This document shows positions 52,690 to 64,000 of a stretch of DNA of 64,000 nucleotides, piece after piece. Both the position numbers and the translations under genes were made by a program. The DNA is taken from assembly GCF_009834535.1 (NCBI RefSeq), contig NC_045697.1, positions 3,970,001 to 4,034,000 of the forward strand, read 5' to 3'. Numbering within the stretch: position 1 is the first letter of the stretch; every line of letters begins with the position of its first letter. The notes beneath the pieces were generated by a model, which worked only from the letters and a program-made list of their open reading frames with translations, searched no databases and was not told the DNA's origin. The stretch comes from Camelus ferus. Lineage: Eukaryota.

Positions 52690-52885
52690 GCAAGCACTGT
52701 GCTAAATCTATGTAGACAGGTGATATGACAAAAAATGTACTTTGTTAGATAGTTAAAATAAATAAATGTAATTGGAGTCTAATCTGTAAACATACTGAAT
52801 ACCATGCTGCACACCTGAAACTAGTATAACACTGTAAATCAACTATCCTCCAACAAAAAATAAACAAATAAATGCAAAAGTAAAA
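52690..52885 (+). mobile_element. Lineage L1 extreme 3' end fragment
   Basis: ctgaataccatgctgcacacctgaaactagtataacactgtaaatcaactat followed by an A-rich tail. Confidence 0.7.
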
Positions 52886-53412
52886 CTATGCAGATACAAG
52901 TCACAGGGGCTGTGCTTCCTCCCCTGGACACACTGGTTGCTGGTCGTGGGGAAGTGGCGATGGGTCAGGGGGCACTGTGGCCCCCCTACCAGCTGGTGCC
53001 CCAGGCAGCCGCCCAGCCCCGCCCTGCAGGCCTCCCCCAACGTCACTCAGGCCTTTCAGCTTCTCCATTTCAGACGGGCTGCCCAGCTCTTTGTGAATTG
53101 GAGCCCTGAACACCCCTCCTGTACCTCCTGGCCCCTTTCCTTGCTGACTGCCAGGCTGGGCTCTATGCACAGCTCGGGAAGCTTCTGAAGGCTCCACGTG
53201 TATTTCTGCAGCAGGAAAATGGATCAGCTGTCCAAGCTCGAGCCTGAGTCCACCCTCAAGGCCTGGAGGTAGGAGGGGAGGACTGTGTGGTGAGCAGTCA
53301 GGGCTGCACACTGACACTTAGTAGCCACCGGGCTGGGGGACAGGACAGAGCTGCCTTTGTCCTTGGCCTGCCAGGGGATGCCTCCCCTCGGAAGCTGGCA
53401 ACACTGAGTGGG

Positions 53413-53869
53413 TGTAATCGAGCAGGACACTACCGGGCCTCCCCAGGACGACCCCTCCTCCATATCCTCTGCTTTAGCTCCTCTCTGAAGTACCCCGATA
53501 ATAGTACCTGATGCACATTTCCTGAGTATTTCCAGGGGATGGAAGAAATTAACTCCCCAACGATCATGAGCACGTAGCCCCCAGACCTTCTGGGGCCTAA
53601 GGACTGATGACATTAACCACCCTGTTACCTCACCATCAACCCACCAGAGAATTGTGCACAGCTGACCACAAGCCCTGGGGCTCCCCTCCCTCATCTGGCC
53701 TTTAGAAATGCTTTGCTGAAACTCTTTGGGGAATTTGGGGGTATTTGAGCACAAGCCCCCTGTTCTCCTTACTTGACCCTTCAGTAAACCTTTCTCTGCT
53801 CCAAATTTGGATGTTTCAGTCTGTTTGGTCTCACTGTGCGTCGGGCACATGAACTTGCGTCTGGTAACA
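53413..53869 (+). mobile_element. ERV1-class solo LTR (~457 bp)
   Basis: TGTAA...TAACA termini, a TATA-like tttagaaa, a polyA-signal-like agtaaa and a U5-like tail. Flanks tggg/cgga may be a decayed 4-bp TSD. Confidence 0.8.
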
Positions 53870-54555
53870 CGGAGGGGACAGTAGGGTAATAAGAACCATG
53901 TGTAGGTTGCTTAGCTGACTAACTTAATAGGGCTGCAGACACGTCAGTAACAAGGAGTCACTGCCATCCGAACACGTCCAGGGAAGGACCTTTGCCACTT
54001 TTAATTGAAAGATGAAGCCACATTCTTCTTCTTGGAAAAAGCGTGTCTGATAGTCCGATGGGTAGACATGAGGACCGGCTTTGCCATCTGGTTACGTGGT
54101 GGATATTCTCCCTAAATTGAATTAACTAAATCTGTAGCTCCGAGATTTTGATGAGAATATACATGAAGCACACGACAAGAGCATTTAATGATTATCTGGG
54201 GAAAGCGATGCTGAACTTAACACCATCAAACTTTCTCCAATTATTTCTGAATTTAAACAAGTTGCCTTTAATGAGAGAGTAACAGGTATGATCACCAGCT
54301 CCTGGATGGCTTTTGGTCCACTCTTTTTGGTGCACTTCCCCAGGAACTGAGACAGTGAGGGACTCTACAACTAGGTGACAAATTGCTGTACAAACCAGGT
54401 GGCTTCCAACAAATTGAGGAGAGTCTAATCAAACTGATCAGTAAAAGTAATTTAGATAATGAGTCATAATTGTGCAATTTTGGGGAGGCCACATATCTTT
54501 GAAAGAGTTCAAAAAATTAACTGACACAAACGGACTTATTTACAAAACAAACTGA

Positions 54556-54714
54556 GGGGAGAGGGTACAGCTCAAGTGGTAGAGCGCACGCTTAGCATAC
54601 ACAAGGTCCTGGGTTCGATCCCCAGTACGTCCCCACTAAAAAATGTATAGATAAATAAGTAAAACTAATTACTTCCCCCCAAATTAAAAAAATATATATA
54701 CATAAATAAAAAAT
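54556..54714 (+). mobile_element. tRNA-derived SINE (vic-1-like)
   Basis: gagggtacagctcaagtggtagagcg...ggttcgatccccagtac. TSD aaa(a/g)caaactga at 54544-54555 and 54715-54726. Confidence 0.9.
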
Positions 54715-54919
54715 AAAGCAAACTGACTCAGAAATAGAAAAACAAACTTGTGGTTACCAGGGGGGAGAGGGGAGGTGGAGAAATAAATTGGGAGTTTGAG
54801 ATTTGCAGATACTAACTACTGTATATAAAATAGACAAACAGCAAGGTCCTACTGTACAGCACCGGGACCTATATTTAATACCTTGTAATAGCCTATAATA
54901 AAAAAGAATATGAAAAGGA

Positions 54920-54926
<7 letters not shown>

Positions 54927-54957
<31 letters not shown>
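54927..54957. repeat. (GT)n microsatellite
   Basis: Uninterrupted TG run within the L1 3' UTR. Confidence 0.95.
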
Positions 54958-54959
<2 letters not shown>

Positions 54960-57445
54960 CTGAATCACTATACTTTACACCAGGAATTAACACAACATTG
55001 TAAACCAACTATACTTCAATTAAAGAAACAAAACCCAGACTTAAAATAGCAGGACACTGGAAAGCTGAAAATAATAGTTATTTCAATAAATAAAATGAAT
55101 AGTTTTACAGGAGAAAGGCAAGGAAAAAAACCCCCCAAAGAATTAAGTGACATTTCTATAACAAAATTTCTTCCCTTCCATAGACTTATTTATATGGATG
55201 AATTATTTCCATGCTTATTATCTATAAATACAAAAAAGAGGAATAAAACTACCTTAAACCATGTCTCATTATCTATAAGCACTACTCATCTGTAGACGCC
55301 ATGAGCCAGTTCAGCAAGCTCTATTGGTGGTATTAACGAATTTCAAGTGAATTTTTACTTTTATGTTCAATAACTATGTATTGAAATGTATAACAGAAGA
55401 CATTTTTTACCAAGTATTTTGGTAATGATAACTTAACCCACAAGTAAGTTTTTTAAGCTCATAGAGCCTTGGAGTCAAAGGATATTAATTTCAATTTATG
55501 TAAGGATTTTTGTTAGAGAAAATAATGATTGCACAACAGTAAAATACCTTAAGCACAAAAGTATATTTTATTAAATTAGGACAAAATTCTGAGGAGAGAA
55601 GAATGGAAATATAAAGCCACAGAAGCAAAGAAACAAACTAAGTTTGATTGTCAAAGAGCTTGCTCACAAATTTGTAAGTGGATGATAGTGGGTATCAAAT
55701 TGCTATGGAATTTAGATTCCATTGGTTCTAATTAAAAGAGTGATGTAACCATTATATTTCAAAATGTCAGTATTGTCAACACTTGGGAAGTTGCAGCTAT
55801 GTGAATTTAGGATGAAAACCCGAGAGGGTCAACTTAAAAATACACCAGGGAGTACGTCAGGGGTTCCTCCCCCAAATTTTTAAGGCTTATGTGAGCAAAA
55901 AAGTTTTGAGGTCATGACTTGAAGGATAGCTCTTTAAAAGGAGACCGGAGGAGGATGAGCTCATTTTCCTGAAGTCCCTTCATATAAGACTGTGACATAT
56001 GCTTCCCGCTCCTTGGTTTTACGGCACCGGATGATGCTTGCCACGGTGTCAGCCGAGAACACATCTGCTAAGCGCAGAGCGGGGCCGCAGTCAGCCTGCT
56101 CTGGACAGGCCCGGCACACGGGCAGCGCTGCTGGGCCACAGGCTGGCCGTTGGCCTTTGGACGGGCAGGCTGGCTCGCCAGCTGGGCGAAAGGGTTGCAG
56201 CCAGGCCACGTGCTGCCCATGAGATGGGTGGAGCTCCTGGAGGCCCCCTCCTCTCCTAGGCAGTTCTGAAGCCTGGTCCCAACTCTTGCTGCGATGGGGG
56301 AGAGAGCTGTTGATTTTTCCCAAAGGGCAAGTGGGCAGACGTTGGGAAGGTCACCAGTAAAGGACATACACACCCTGAAAATCCATCCCTGCAAAGCACC
56401 GACAGCCACAGTCTTGCCCTGTGCCAGGCCCTGACCTGAACGCCTTCTGTATCTAATCCTCAGGTAGCCTGTGAGTCAGGAGGGACTAGGGACCCAGGCA
56501 GCCTGACCCCAAGCCACGTCGAGCACAAGGCACCCGTGTGCACACAGCCACGTTCTATACTCCGAAGGGTCCACCTGATGCTTGGCTCTTCTACATACAA
56601 CTCCGTGATCTTGAGTGAGGCCTGAAACCTCTCCCATCCTCAGTTTTCTCATCAGCAAAATGGCCCAGGCAGTGGCCCCTGTTCTGCCTGGCGGGGCCTC
56701 TGCCATATAAGAAAATTTCGTGCCTAAACTTCGACGGCGGAGATCTCCGTTTTGAAGCGTCAGGTAAGACAGCGTAGGAGGACAAGCCGCCCGGGTGTTT
56801 GTGGCTTTCCCGGTGGCCCTGCCTGGAGGGCTACCAGGCACTTCCCACGCCTGGGGCGTTCCCGCTGCCTCCTGGGCCTGAGCAACCTTTCCTCCCAAAC
56901 CCCAAATACCAGAGCAGCCGCCTGAAGGCTGGCAGCTATTGGGACAATTCCCAGGTGGCCTCTTTTGGAAACTTACGGCGAGTGGGCAGGAACCGTGTTC
57001 CTGCAACCTGGAGGGTGGGGCCTGCCCTGGAGAAGTGGGGATGCAGTGGGGGTGGTAGAATCCGAGTCCAGAGACCTGCGTCTCGCCCTGCAAAACCACT
57101 TGCTGTGTCATCTCAGACAGGTGGCTTAACCTTTCTGAGCTTCATTCCTTCACTCAGCTGTGTGCGAGGCCCTGGGGACTCGGGTGAGTCAACAGGCCCT
57201 TCCCTACAAGCACTCCCAGTTTCATGGGAGAGGCAGCCAAGGAAACAGACAGTGACAGGCAGTGGGATCCTCCTGGGGCTGAGAGGCAGCGTGCCTGGGT
57301 ATCAGGAGGACTTCCTAGAGGAGGTGAGTTCTGGGTGCCATGTTCCTCTTCTGTTAATTGAGAGGGCAACAATAACTAACATTTTTAAATTTCAGAGTAT
57401 AATTTTATTTTAAACCATCTTAACATAAAAGTATTACATGTTCCC

Positions 57446-57612
57446 GGGGGGAGGGTATAGCTCAGTGGTAGAGTGCCTGCCTAGCACGCATGAGGTCCTG
57501 GGTTCAACCCCCGGTATCTCCATCAAAAAAAAAATATATATATATAAGCCTAATTACCTACACTCTAACAAAATTTTTAAAAATATAAATAAAAAATTTA
57601 AAAGTAAAAAAG
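57446..57612 (+). mobile_element. tRNA-derived SINE (vic-1-like)
   Basis: ggggggagggtatagctcagtggtagagtg...ggttcaacccc. TSD aaaa(g/t)ta(t/a)tacatgttcc at 57427-57444 and 57613-57630. Confidence 0.92.
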
Positions 57613-58574
57613 AAAATTAATACATGTTCCTGATGAAAATTTTCAAGAGAACAGAAAGGTGTTAGGTGAAAAGTCTTCTTCCCTGCTCATCCCTGGAAAG
57701 AACTAAGCAGTGTCCCTAGTTTCTTGTGTAGCCTTCCAGAATTTTCTATGTGTGTGGAAACCGACTTGGGCAAAACATGACAAGCCCAAAGAAACAATAA
57801 GAATAGCTTCCACTTGTTGAGTGTTCCCTAGGGGCGAGACCCACCGATGTGCTTGCTCTTTTCGCTTAATGTCTCTTGGACATGTTTCTTCGTCCATAAT
57901 CAGCTTTTGCAAGGTGCTGCAAAAAGCAGCCTGGTGTGTCCCTGGGGTGGGGCAAGTGACTAGACATTTCCCACTGCTTTTATCAGAAGTGCCTGGCTCC
58001 CGGTGAAACTTCCCTGTGGTTGAGTTACTGTTGCCTCCGTTTTCAGATGGGGAGACAGGCTCAGAAAAGCACAGCGAGGTTCTGAGTCCGTGCGGCGACC
58101 AGAGGCAGTTCCGCGCCCTGATCAACCACGTGAGGCTCTGGGGCCAGAGGGAGGCCACACTGTCCTCCAGCCCTGGTTTCTGGAAGAGAGCAAGATTCAA
58201 CAGAACCCAGGCCGGCAGGAGGCGAGTGTTGAAAGCCCCGGCTTAGCTGGAAAGTGCAGGCCAGAGGGCAAGGTCGCCCCGCCCCGGGCTCTGGGATCAA
58301 CTGCACCGACCAGGCTCTCAGGATTCAGGCTGGTGACCCTCCCTCCTGCCCGCCCAGGTGCCCACATAGGGTGAGGCTCCGTCCCCAAATGCGTCACGTT
58401 GCATCTTTGACCCTGTGACTCCACTTCTGCAAATTGGGGTCACAGTGATGCGTGCAATTCTTGAACAAGGGCTCTGCAGTGTGGGGCAGTCATTGCGCCT
58501 GCTTTGACTATCACTGGCTGGAGACCCTGAGCCTGGGCAAGTCATTGGCCTTTCTTCTTTCTTTTTTTTCCTTT

Positions 58575-59030
58575 GTTTTTAAAAACGGAGGTGAAATTCA
58601 TGTAACACAAAATTAACTAAAGTGTCCTTATTTAAGTGGCATTTAGTACATGCACAATCTGTAACTGCCCCCTCCAATTGGTTCCAAAACATTTTCGTCA
58701 CCACCACGGGAGACTTGTACCCATGAAGCGGTCACTCCCCCTTCCCCTCTCCCCCAGCCCCTGGCGGCCACCTATCTGTGTTCTGTGTCTAAGGATTTGC
58801 CTTTCCTGGGCATTTCATAAAAATGGAATCACAAAGCACGTGGTCTTTGGTGACTGGCTTTTTTCACTGAGCGTCCTGTCTTCCAAGTTCATCCGTGTTG
58901 TCCCGTGTGTCAGAGCTGCGTTCCTTGCAATGACTGAGTAACATTCCAGTGTATGAACAGACCACGTTCTGTTTATCGGACATCAGGGCTGTTTCCACCT
59001 GCTGACTTTTGTGAGTAGTGCTGCTCGGAT
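58575..59030 (-). mobile_element. L1MB-type 3' end
   Basis: gaggtgaaattcatgtaacacaaaattaac...gtggcatttagtacat...catttcataaaaatggaatcaca. Confidence 0.85.
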
Positions 59031-62000
59031 ACTTGCCCTTCCTCAGCCATCTGTGAAATTCGCATAACAAAGGCACTGACTTCGCGGGGTTCTGGGGAGG
59101 ATGAAATGGGTTACGGATGCACAGCCATCACCTCGCATGCCGTGACACTGCACTGCAGTATCTTTTGAGTGTTTCCTGCACAACCTGACACTGACTGAGC
59201 ACTTACTGTGGTCTAGGCACTTACCTGTTTTCACTCATTTATGGAAATGCTTTTCATTCATTCGTTAATTCCTCCAGTGCCTTTATGGGGTAGGTCTCTC
59301 TGATCAATTCCACTTTATAGAAAACCAGGCCCAGAGAGATCAGTGAACGAGTTGCCTGTGGAGACAGAATTTGAACCCAGCCCACCTGATCCTGCAGCCC
59401 ACACTCTTAACGCCTCAGCTGGTCTACACTCGTGGGGGAGTTTACACAGCTCTCCACAGTGACGTCGGGGCAGTCACCTCTGGGCCGGAGACTGTGGGGT
59501 GCTTTCACTTTCTTTTCCCCCAGACTTTCTCTGTTCCAAATCTCTGTAATTACTTCATCTGTTTGTTTTCACAATGAGCAGATCATAATTTGGTAGTCGG
59601 AAAGAAACAGGGATGATTTTGGATGATGTTATGTTATCTGTCAAGTGGAAAGGGCTGATCACAAAATTCCAGGTGCAGCCTGAGCCCACCCGTGTTGAAA
59701 AGGGCACAGAAAACATCCGGGGGCTGTTCGCCAACATGTTACCAAGGTTAGTCTCTGGGAGGCGGGCAGATCAGGTGAGTATGTGATTTTTCACATAAGT
59801 TTGGTGTCTTTCTAGCTTTTCCAACTTTGTTTTGACAGCAAACAAGTATCAGCTTTTCATTCAGAGAGAAAGTGATTCTAAAAACCAAAGACAGATGTTC
59901 TCAGCTGGGACTCCTGTGTGTTTCTGCTTTGGGCCCAGCCAGGCAGGTGCATTTGGTCTGCTGATAGGCCGGGGCACTCATGCGGAGGCTGTCAGACCAG
60001 GGGCTCCTGCCCTGAGGGACATGCCCAGGGATGCCAGCCTGACACTGTCATTTGTCATCTCACCCACCCCAGGGACACAGAGCGGACACTCTAGCCCCAG
60101 GGCCTCCGGCACAGCGCCTACAGCAGGTCCTGGGCTGTCCTGTCCTGTCCACCCATCCCGGCCAACTTGCCTTTGCTTATGCACTGCCTCCGCCCCCACC
60201 CAATGGTGCATTTCCCAAATTCTCATTATCCTCAGGCATTATCAGTAGGGCCCAGTGGAGCATTAAACAGAGCTGCGCACAGTTAGAAGAAGGCGTTTGT
60301 CCCGGCTGCCGTGTACAAGGGACTCCCACACCAGTCTGGGGTGGTCTCCACCACCGTGCTGTGAGTCAGTGTTGCTGCCCTGATGATGGCTCTGTTCGTG
60401 GGTTTTGGAACAGGGCCTGGCACACAGCAGGTGTTCAGTACATGCCAAATGTATTGTATTGTCCCAGTCTTACTCCAGAATGGAGACACCCGAGGCCCAG
60501 AGAGGTTAAGTAACTTGCCTAAGCCCATACAGCCAGCAGGAGGCTGGACCAGGGGAGATCTGTTGGACTCAACACCAGTGCTCCTGGCCCCACACTGGCC
60601 TTGCTTCACTCTGGGTTCTGATTTCCAAGGGTAGTTGGTCCCCGGGGATGAGCAAAGAGCTTTCTGTGAAGGAGCCAGGGCAGTACGTGGACTCTTGCCC
60701 CAGATAGCTAGAGTTTCAATCCCAGTTCTGCCATGTAAGAGCAGTGTGACCTTGAGCAAGCGTCCTCACCACTCTGTGCCCCCCCCAGTTGCCACATCTG
60801 TAAAATGGGTACAATAGTATTACTCTCCTTGCACAGCTGCAGTGAGGGTAAGTGAACCAGGCCCAGTAGAGTATGTATGATATTTGCTGATTAAAGGAGA
60901 TTGATCATCCTAGTGGGTCAGCTGAACTACTGGGCAGAGCAGGGCCATCAGGGCAGAGGCTCTTGGATTTTGGGCTATGTGATTGCCGCCAGGCTTCCTC
61001 CCCACCTTGAAGTGGCCATTGAATCCCTGGATCTGACTGGACATCTCCATAGCTCCCTGTCTTTGCTTGACACACCCTTCAGTCTGGAGCCCCAATACCC
61101 CCATGTGCCCTGATTTAAAGTGACCCCCTCACCTAGGAAAAAGAGGAAGTCGAGCCCCCCTGGACAGGGCCGGGGACCTCTGCTGTAGCCAGGGTGGCCA
61201 GAGAGACGGTTAAACACACAATGACAATGTAGAAGGGCCAGGACAGCCAGACAAATTCCATCAGGGGGACCCCAGAAGCTTCCTGGAGGCGGTGCTATTC
61301 CAGCCGGGTTGTGACAGCTGGGTGGGAGTTTGACACAAGGGCCAAGAGGAGAAAGATTTCTCAGCCATGGAAGGGTGGTATGGGCAAAGGCAGGGAGGGC
61401 AGAGGCTGCTGCATCTGACCCCACGGCCACCTCTACCTTGGCAGGACATCCAGGGCTGGCCTGACCCAACCCTGACAGCAGCTGCCAGGAAAACAGGTCA
61501 GAGTGGGATGGACCCTGGCGGCCTTGCACGCGAACCCAGCTGGGACACGCAGCCGGGGCAGAAGAGGGAGGGTGGGCTGAGCGCGAGTGTGGCTGGGCTG
61601 GCCTCCCTGGCCTCCCTGGGGCTGTGGCTCCCGCCCCACCCATGTCCAGGCCACCCAGTGAGTCTGTAGGCAGTCATGGCTGGCCAGCTGGCTGAGGGGA
61701 GCGAGATGGCTGCCTCCAGGCCCGCAGTGGGTGGGAGCCCCATCCCCGCCCAGCTGTCCCGACACGGCTCCACCCAGGAACCGGGCCCAGCCTGGCGTGG
61801 GCTGGCTCGGCCCCTTCCCACTAGGAGGGGCCTGGCCAAGGCATGTGGCTACTCTGAGCCTCAGTTTCCCCGCCGCTCTGCAGTGAGCTCCCGGGGAGCC
61901 GGTGTTGGAGGCAGTGCACGGGAAAGCAGAAGCTCCTTGTGGTTGCTTCTGTAGCTCCTCCTTCAGTACGCGTGACCCACGGGAGGCTGCTGCAATCCAT

Positions 62001-64000
62001 GGGAGAAATCAGACCCAACTGGATTTGATTTCCAGCTCTGCAGCTGGGCAGCTGTGGGTCCAGGCAAGTCACTTCTCTGAACCCCGGTTTCCCTGCCTGT
62101 GAACTCTGCAGTGGGGGTGGCCGGCCTCCAGGAAAGGCCACGGTCACCCCAGGAGGGCAGGGCCCAGCCGGGGCAGCTCCAAAGTCAGAAGCAGCGTCCT
62201 CGTGGACCGAGTCCAGGTCGCTGCCCTGGCCTCCTGACGCCATCCCTGGCCCTGCTGAGCCCTCCTTCCGCCTGCCCTGCGCCCAGCCAGCCTGAAGGGC
62301 TAAGTGTCATAACCCCTCACCCGTGCATGAACCCTCGCTGTTTATAGGGCGTTTCACATAAAAGACGCTGTCGTCATCCCCTTATACAAACAGCACTGTT
62401 CAGCCGCTGCTGTGGGCAGGCCCCGTGCTGGGCCCGCGCAGGCCACAGGCCAGGAGAGACAGACGGACGCACAGCCGCAGCCAGCATCCTCCACTGAAGC
62501 TCAAGGCAGGAGGGCTGGAGGTAGGGGAGGGGCCAGACAAGGAGGCGGTCTCTGGCGGGGCCGTGAGGGCCCGGCGGCCTGGGCTTCTGCCCCTCAGACC
62601 ACTTCGCAAGTTTGCTGTTGGTTCTCAGGGCCCAGCGCAGGCCTGGGGTTGGGAGCGCCCAGCAAGTGTTCACAGAGTGAGTGAGTGAGTGAGTGAAACG
62701 GGGTGGAGAGTGCTTGACCGTCTTCATGTCAGACTCAGAATTCTTCTCAGGGAGAAAACGCGGCCCTGGGAAGTGACTTAGTCGAAACTCTTAGGCTGGT
62801 AGTGGAAGCGTCAGGGACTCTGTGGTGACTGAAGGGTGGACAGGCCCCCGGCTACCAGGCCCTCTTCTCACTCGGGAGGTGAGTGGGGCTCTCCACAGTC
62901 TAGATGGCCCGAGGGCAGGGAAGGCCCGGCAGCCGGAGTCTTTACTGTGCCCTGTGGCCTCAGGCCGTCCATTGACCTCTGAGCCTCAGTCTTCCCATCC
63001 AAGAGATGGGGTGGTGACCGCAGTGTGCCCAGGGCATGCACAGGGCTGCGCGGGGCGGGGGGTGAGCAGACAACATGGCCATGCCTGGGTAGGTGTGGGT
63101 CTGGGCACCCCGCTCTCTAAGCCCTCATGCTTGCTGGGCAGGCCCCCGGGGGGAGTCCAGACCAGGCAGCTCCCTTTTCGTTCACGCTCCTGGGCACCCT
63201 GGTGCCAGACATGCCGGCTGCTGGCACCCCCTTTAATTGTCATGTCTGCACCTGGTGCAGCCTGTCCACCTGAATGCACTCATTCAGGCCTCATAAAACG
63301 GGTGACAATGAGCCATGTCAGACAGGAGGAGACACAGCTTCACAGAGGCCTCCGGACTCAACAGACTAAGCAGGCACCGGGAAGGAAGGCTGGGCTCCTG
63401 GGGGCAGCTGGGCGGTGCCCGCCAGAAAGCCTGGCAGGGCCTGGGCCAGCCCTTCCTCACAGGGGAGGTGAGTCAGAAAGACAGAGACAGAGAGACAGAG
63501 GGAGAGATGGGTAGACGGAGGCCCACAGACAGGGTCAGAGACTGAGCAAGAGAGAAGGGGTGCCCAGGATGGGGCGGGAGAGAGGCGGTGAGAGGAGGAG
63601 GGAGGGAGGGGAAGTCTTGTGAGAGGCAGCCTGGAGAGAGCAAGTCTGGCCCCCAGGGCTGGGCCGCCCTGCAGGGCACACAGAGTCTTGGGCCGGAGGT
63701 CCCCTACCGCCCACCAGCAGTCCCCTCCCTCGTCCCAGCAGTGGCCAACTCATCCACTCTCTCTCACTGCCCAGCAAACACACACGTGCCCACCGACACC
63801 CCTTCACGCATACGCAGCTCTCAAACACACACACATACTCACCACCACTGACCGACTCTCAGGCTCAGCCACATGCACACATGGTTGGCTCCCCAGGGGC
63901 TCCTGGTCTGCCCTGGAGGTGAGAGTAGACCAGGCACACAGGCCCATGCCTGGACCCTGTGCGCTGAGGCTGCCGGTGCCCCGGGTCCACAAACACCCCT

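Larger units (their letters stand above)
54522..55032 (+). mobile_element. Lineage L1 3' end containing a SINE and a (GT)n microsatellite
   Basis: aaacaaacttgtggttacc...gggagtttgagatttgcagatac...acattgtaaaccaactatacttcaat. Confidence 0.9.
53940..55917 (+). mobile_element. hAT-Charlie (Charlie7-like) transposase-bearing fossil, interrupted by L1 and SINE
   Basis: Decayed transposase motifs YVVDILPKLN*LNL*L (54093-54140) and KELSDISITKFLPF...INTKKRNK (~55138-55247, hAT C-terminal dimerisation region). The end gtgagcaaaaaagttttgag resembles a Charlie terminus. Confidence 0.75.

Noticed and set aside
53224..53850. 208-aa minus-strand ORF
   Set aside because: Lies largely antisense across a solo LTR and has no retroviral or cellular protein motifs.
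55095..55295. 66-aa ORF with hAT dimerisation-like residues
   Set aside because: Fragment of a decayed Charlie transposase. Upstream parts carry stops and frameshifts and are interrupted by L1 and SINE.
57446..57525. tRNA-like sequence (also at 3065, 3786, 37184, 54556)
   Set aside because: Each has an A-rich tail, TSDs and divergent stems, so these are SINE heads and not tRNA genes.
43391..63992. Numerous 100-250 aa ORFs in the GC-rich right half
   Set aside because: Overlapping on both strands, many with non-ATG starts, crossing MIR/L2 fragments, with no recognisable protein family or consistent exon chain.
1..64000. Prokaryote-type or otherwise novel multi-gene system, CRISPR array, numt or processed pseudogene
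   Set aside because: Nothing seen by eye supports these. The window is explained by one promoter, UTR exons and ordinary mammalian repeats. Short or highly diverged inserts could have been missed without a database search.

Overview
Mammalian genomic DNA, most likely camelid (alpaca/camel), judged from five copies of a tRNA-derived SINE matching the camelid vic-1 type and from cetartiodactyl-type L1 3' ends. I find no supportable protein-coding exon, no functional RNA gene and no CRISPR array. The ORF-track entries are GC-rich or repeat-derived noise. The main feature is a CpG-island promoter (~28.2-29.6 kb) driving a minus-strand gene. It has a non-coding first exon (donor at 29052) and an ATG-free second exon about 12.7 kb downstream (16346-16126), and the gene runs off the left edge of the window. 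This layout resembles my recollection of the 5' end of TMCC1, but that is tentative and needs alignment. The left half is AT-rich intron and the right half is increasingly GC-rich intergenic DNA. Both are dense with L1, L2, MIR, MaLR/ERVL/ERV1 LTRs and hAT/Tigger fossils. I found no convincing novel biological system. The best leads are regulatory or splicing oddities: a tandemly duplicated branch point, an ATF4-C/EBP + RFX + PAR-bZIP promoter module, a candidate unannotated plus-strand transcript, an inverted-repeat cluster and nested or atypical transposon insertions. Repeat names and boundaries are by eye and approximate.
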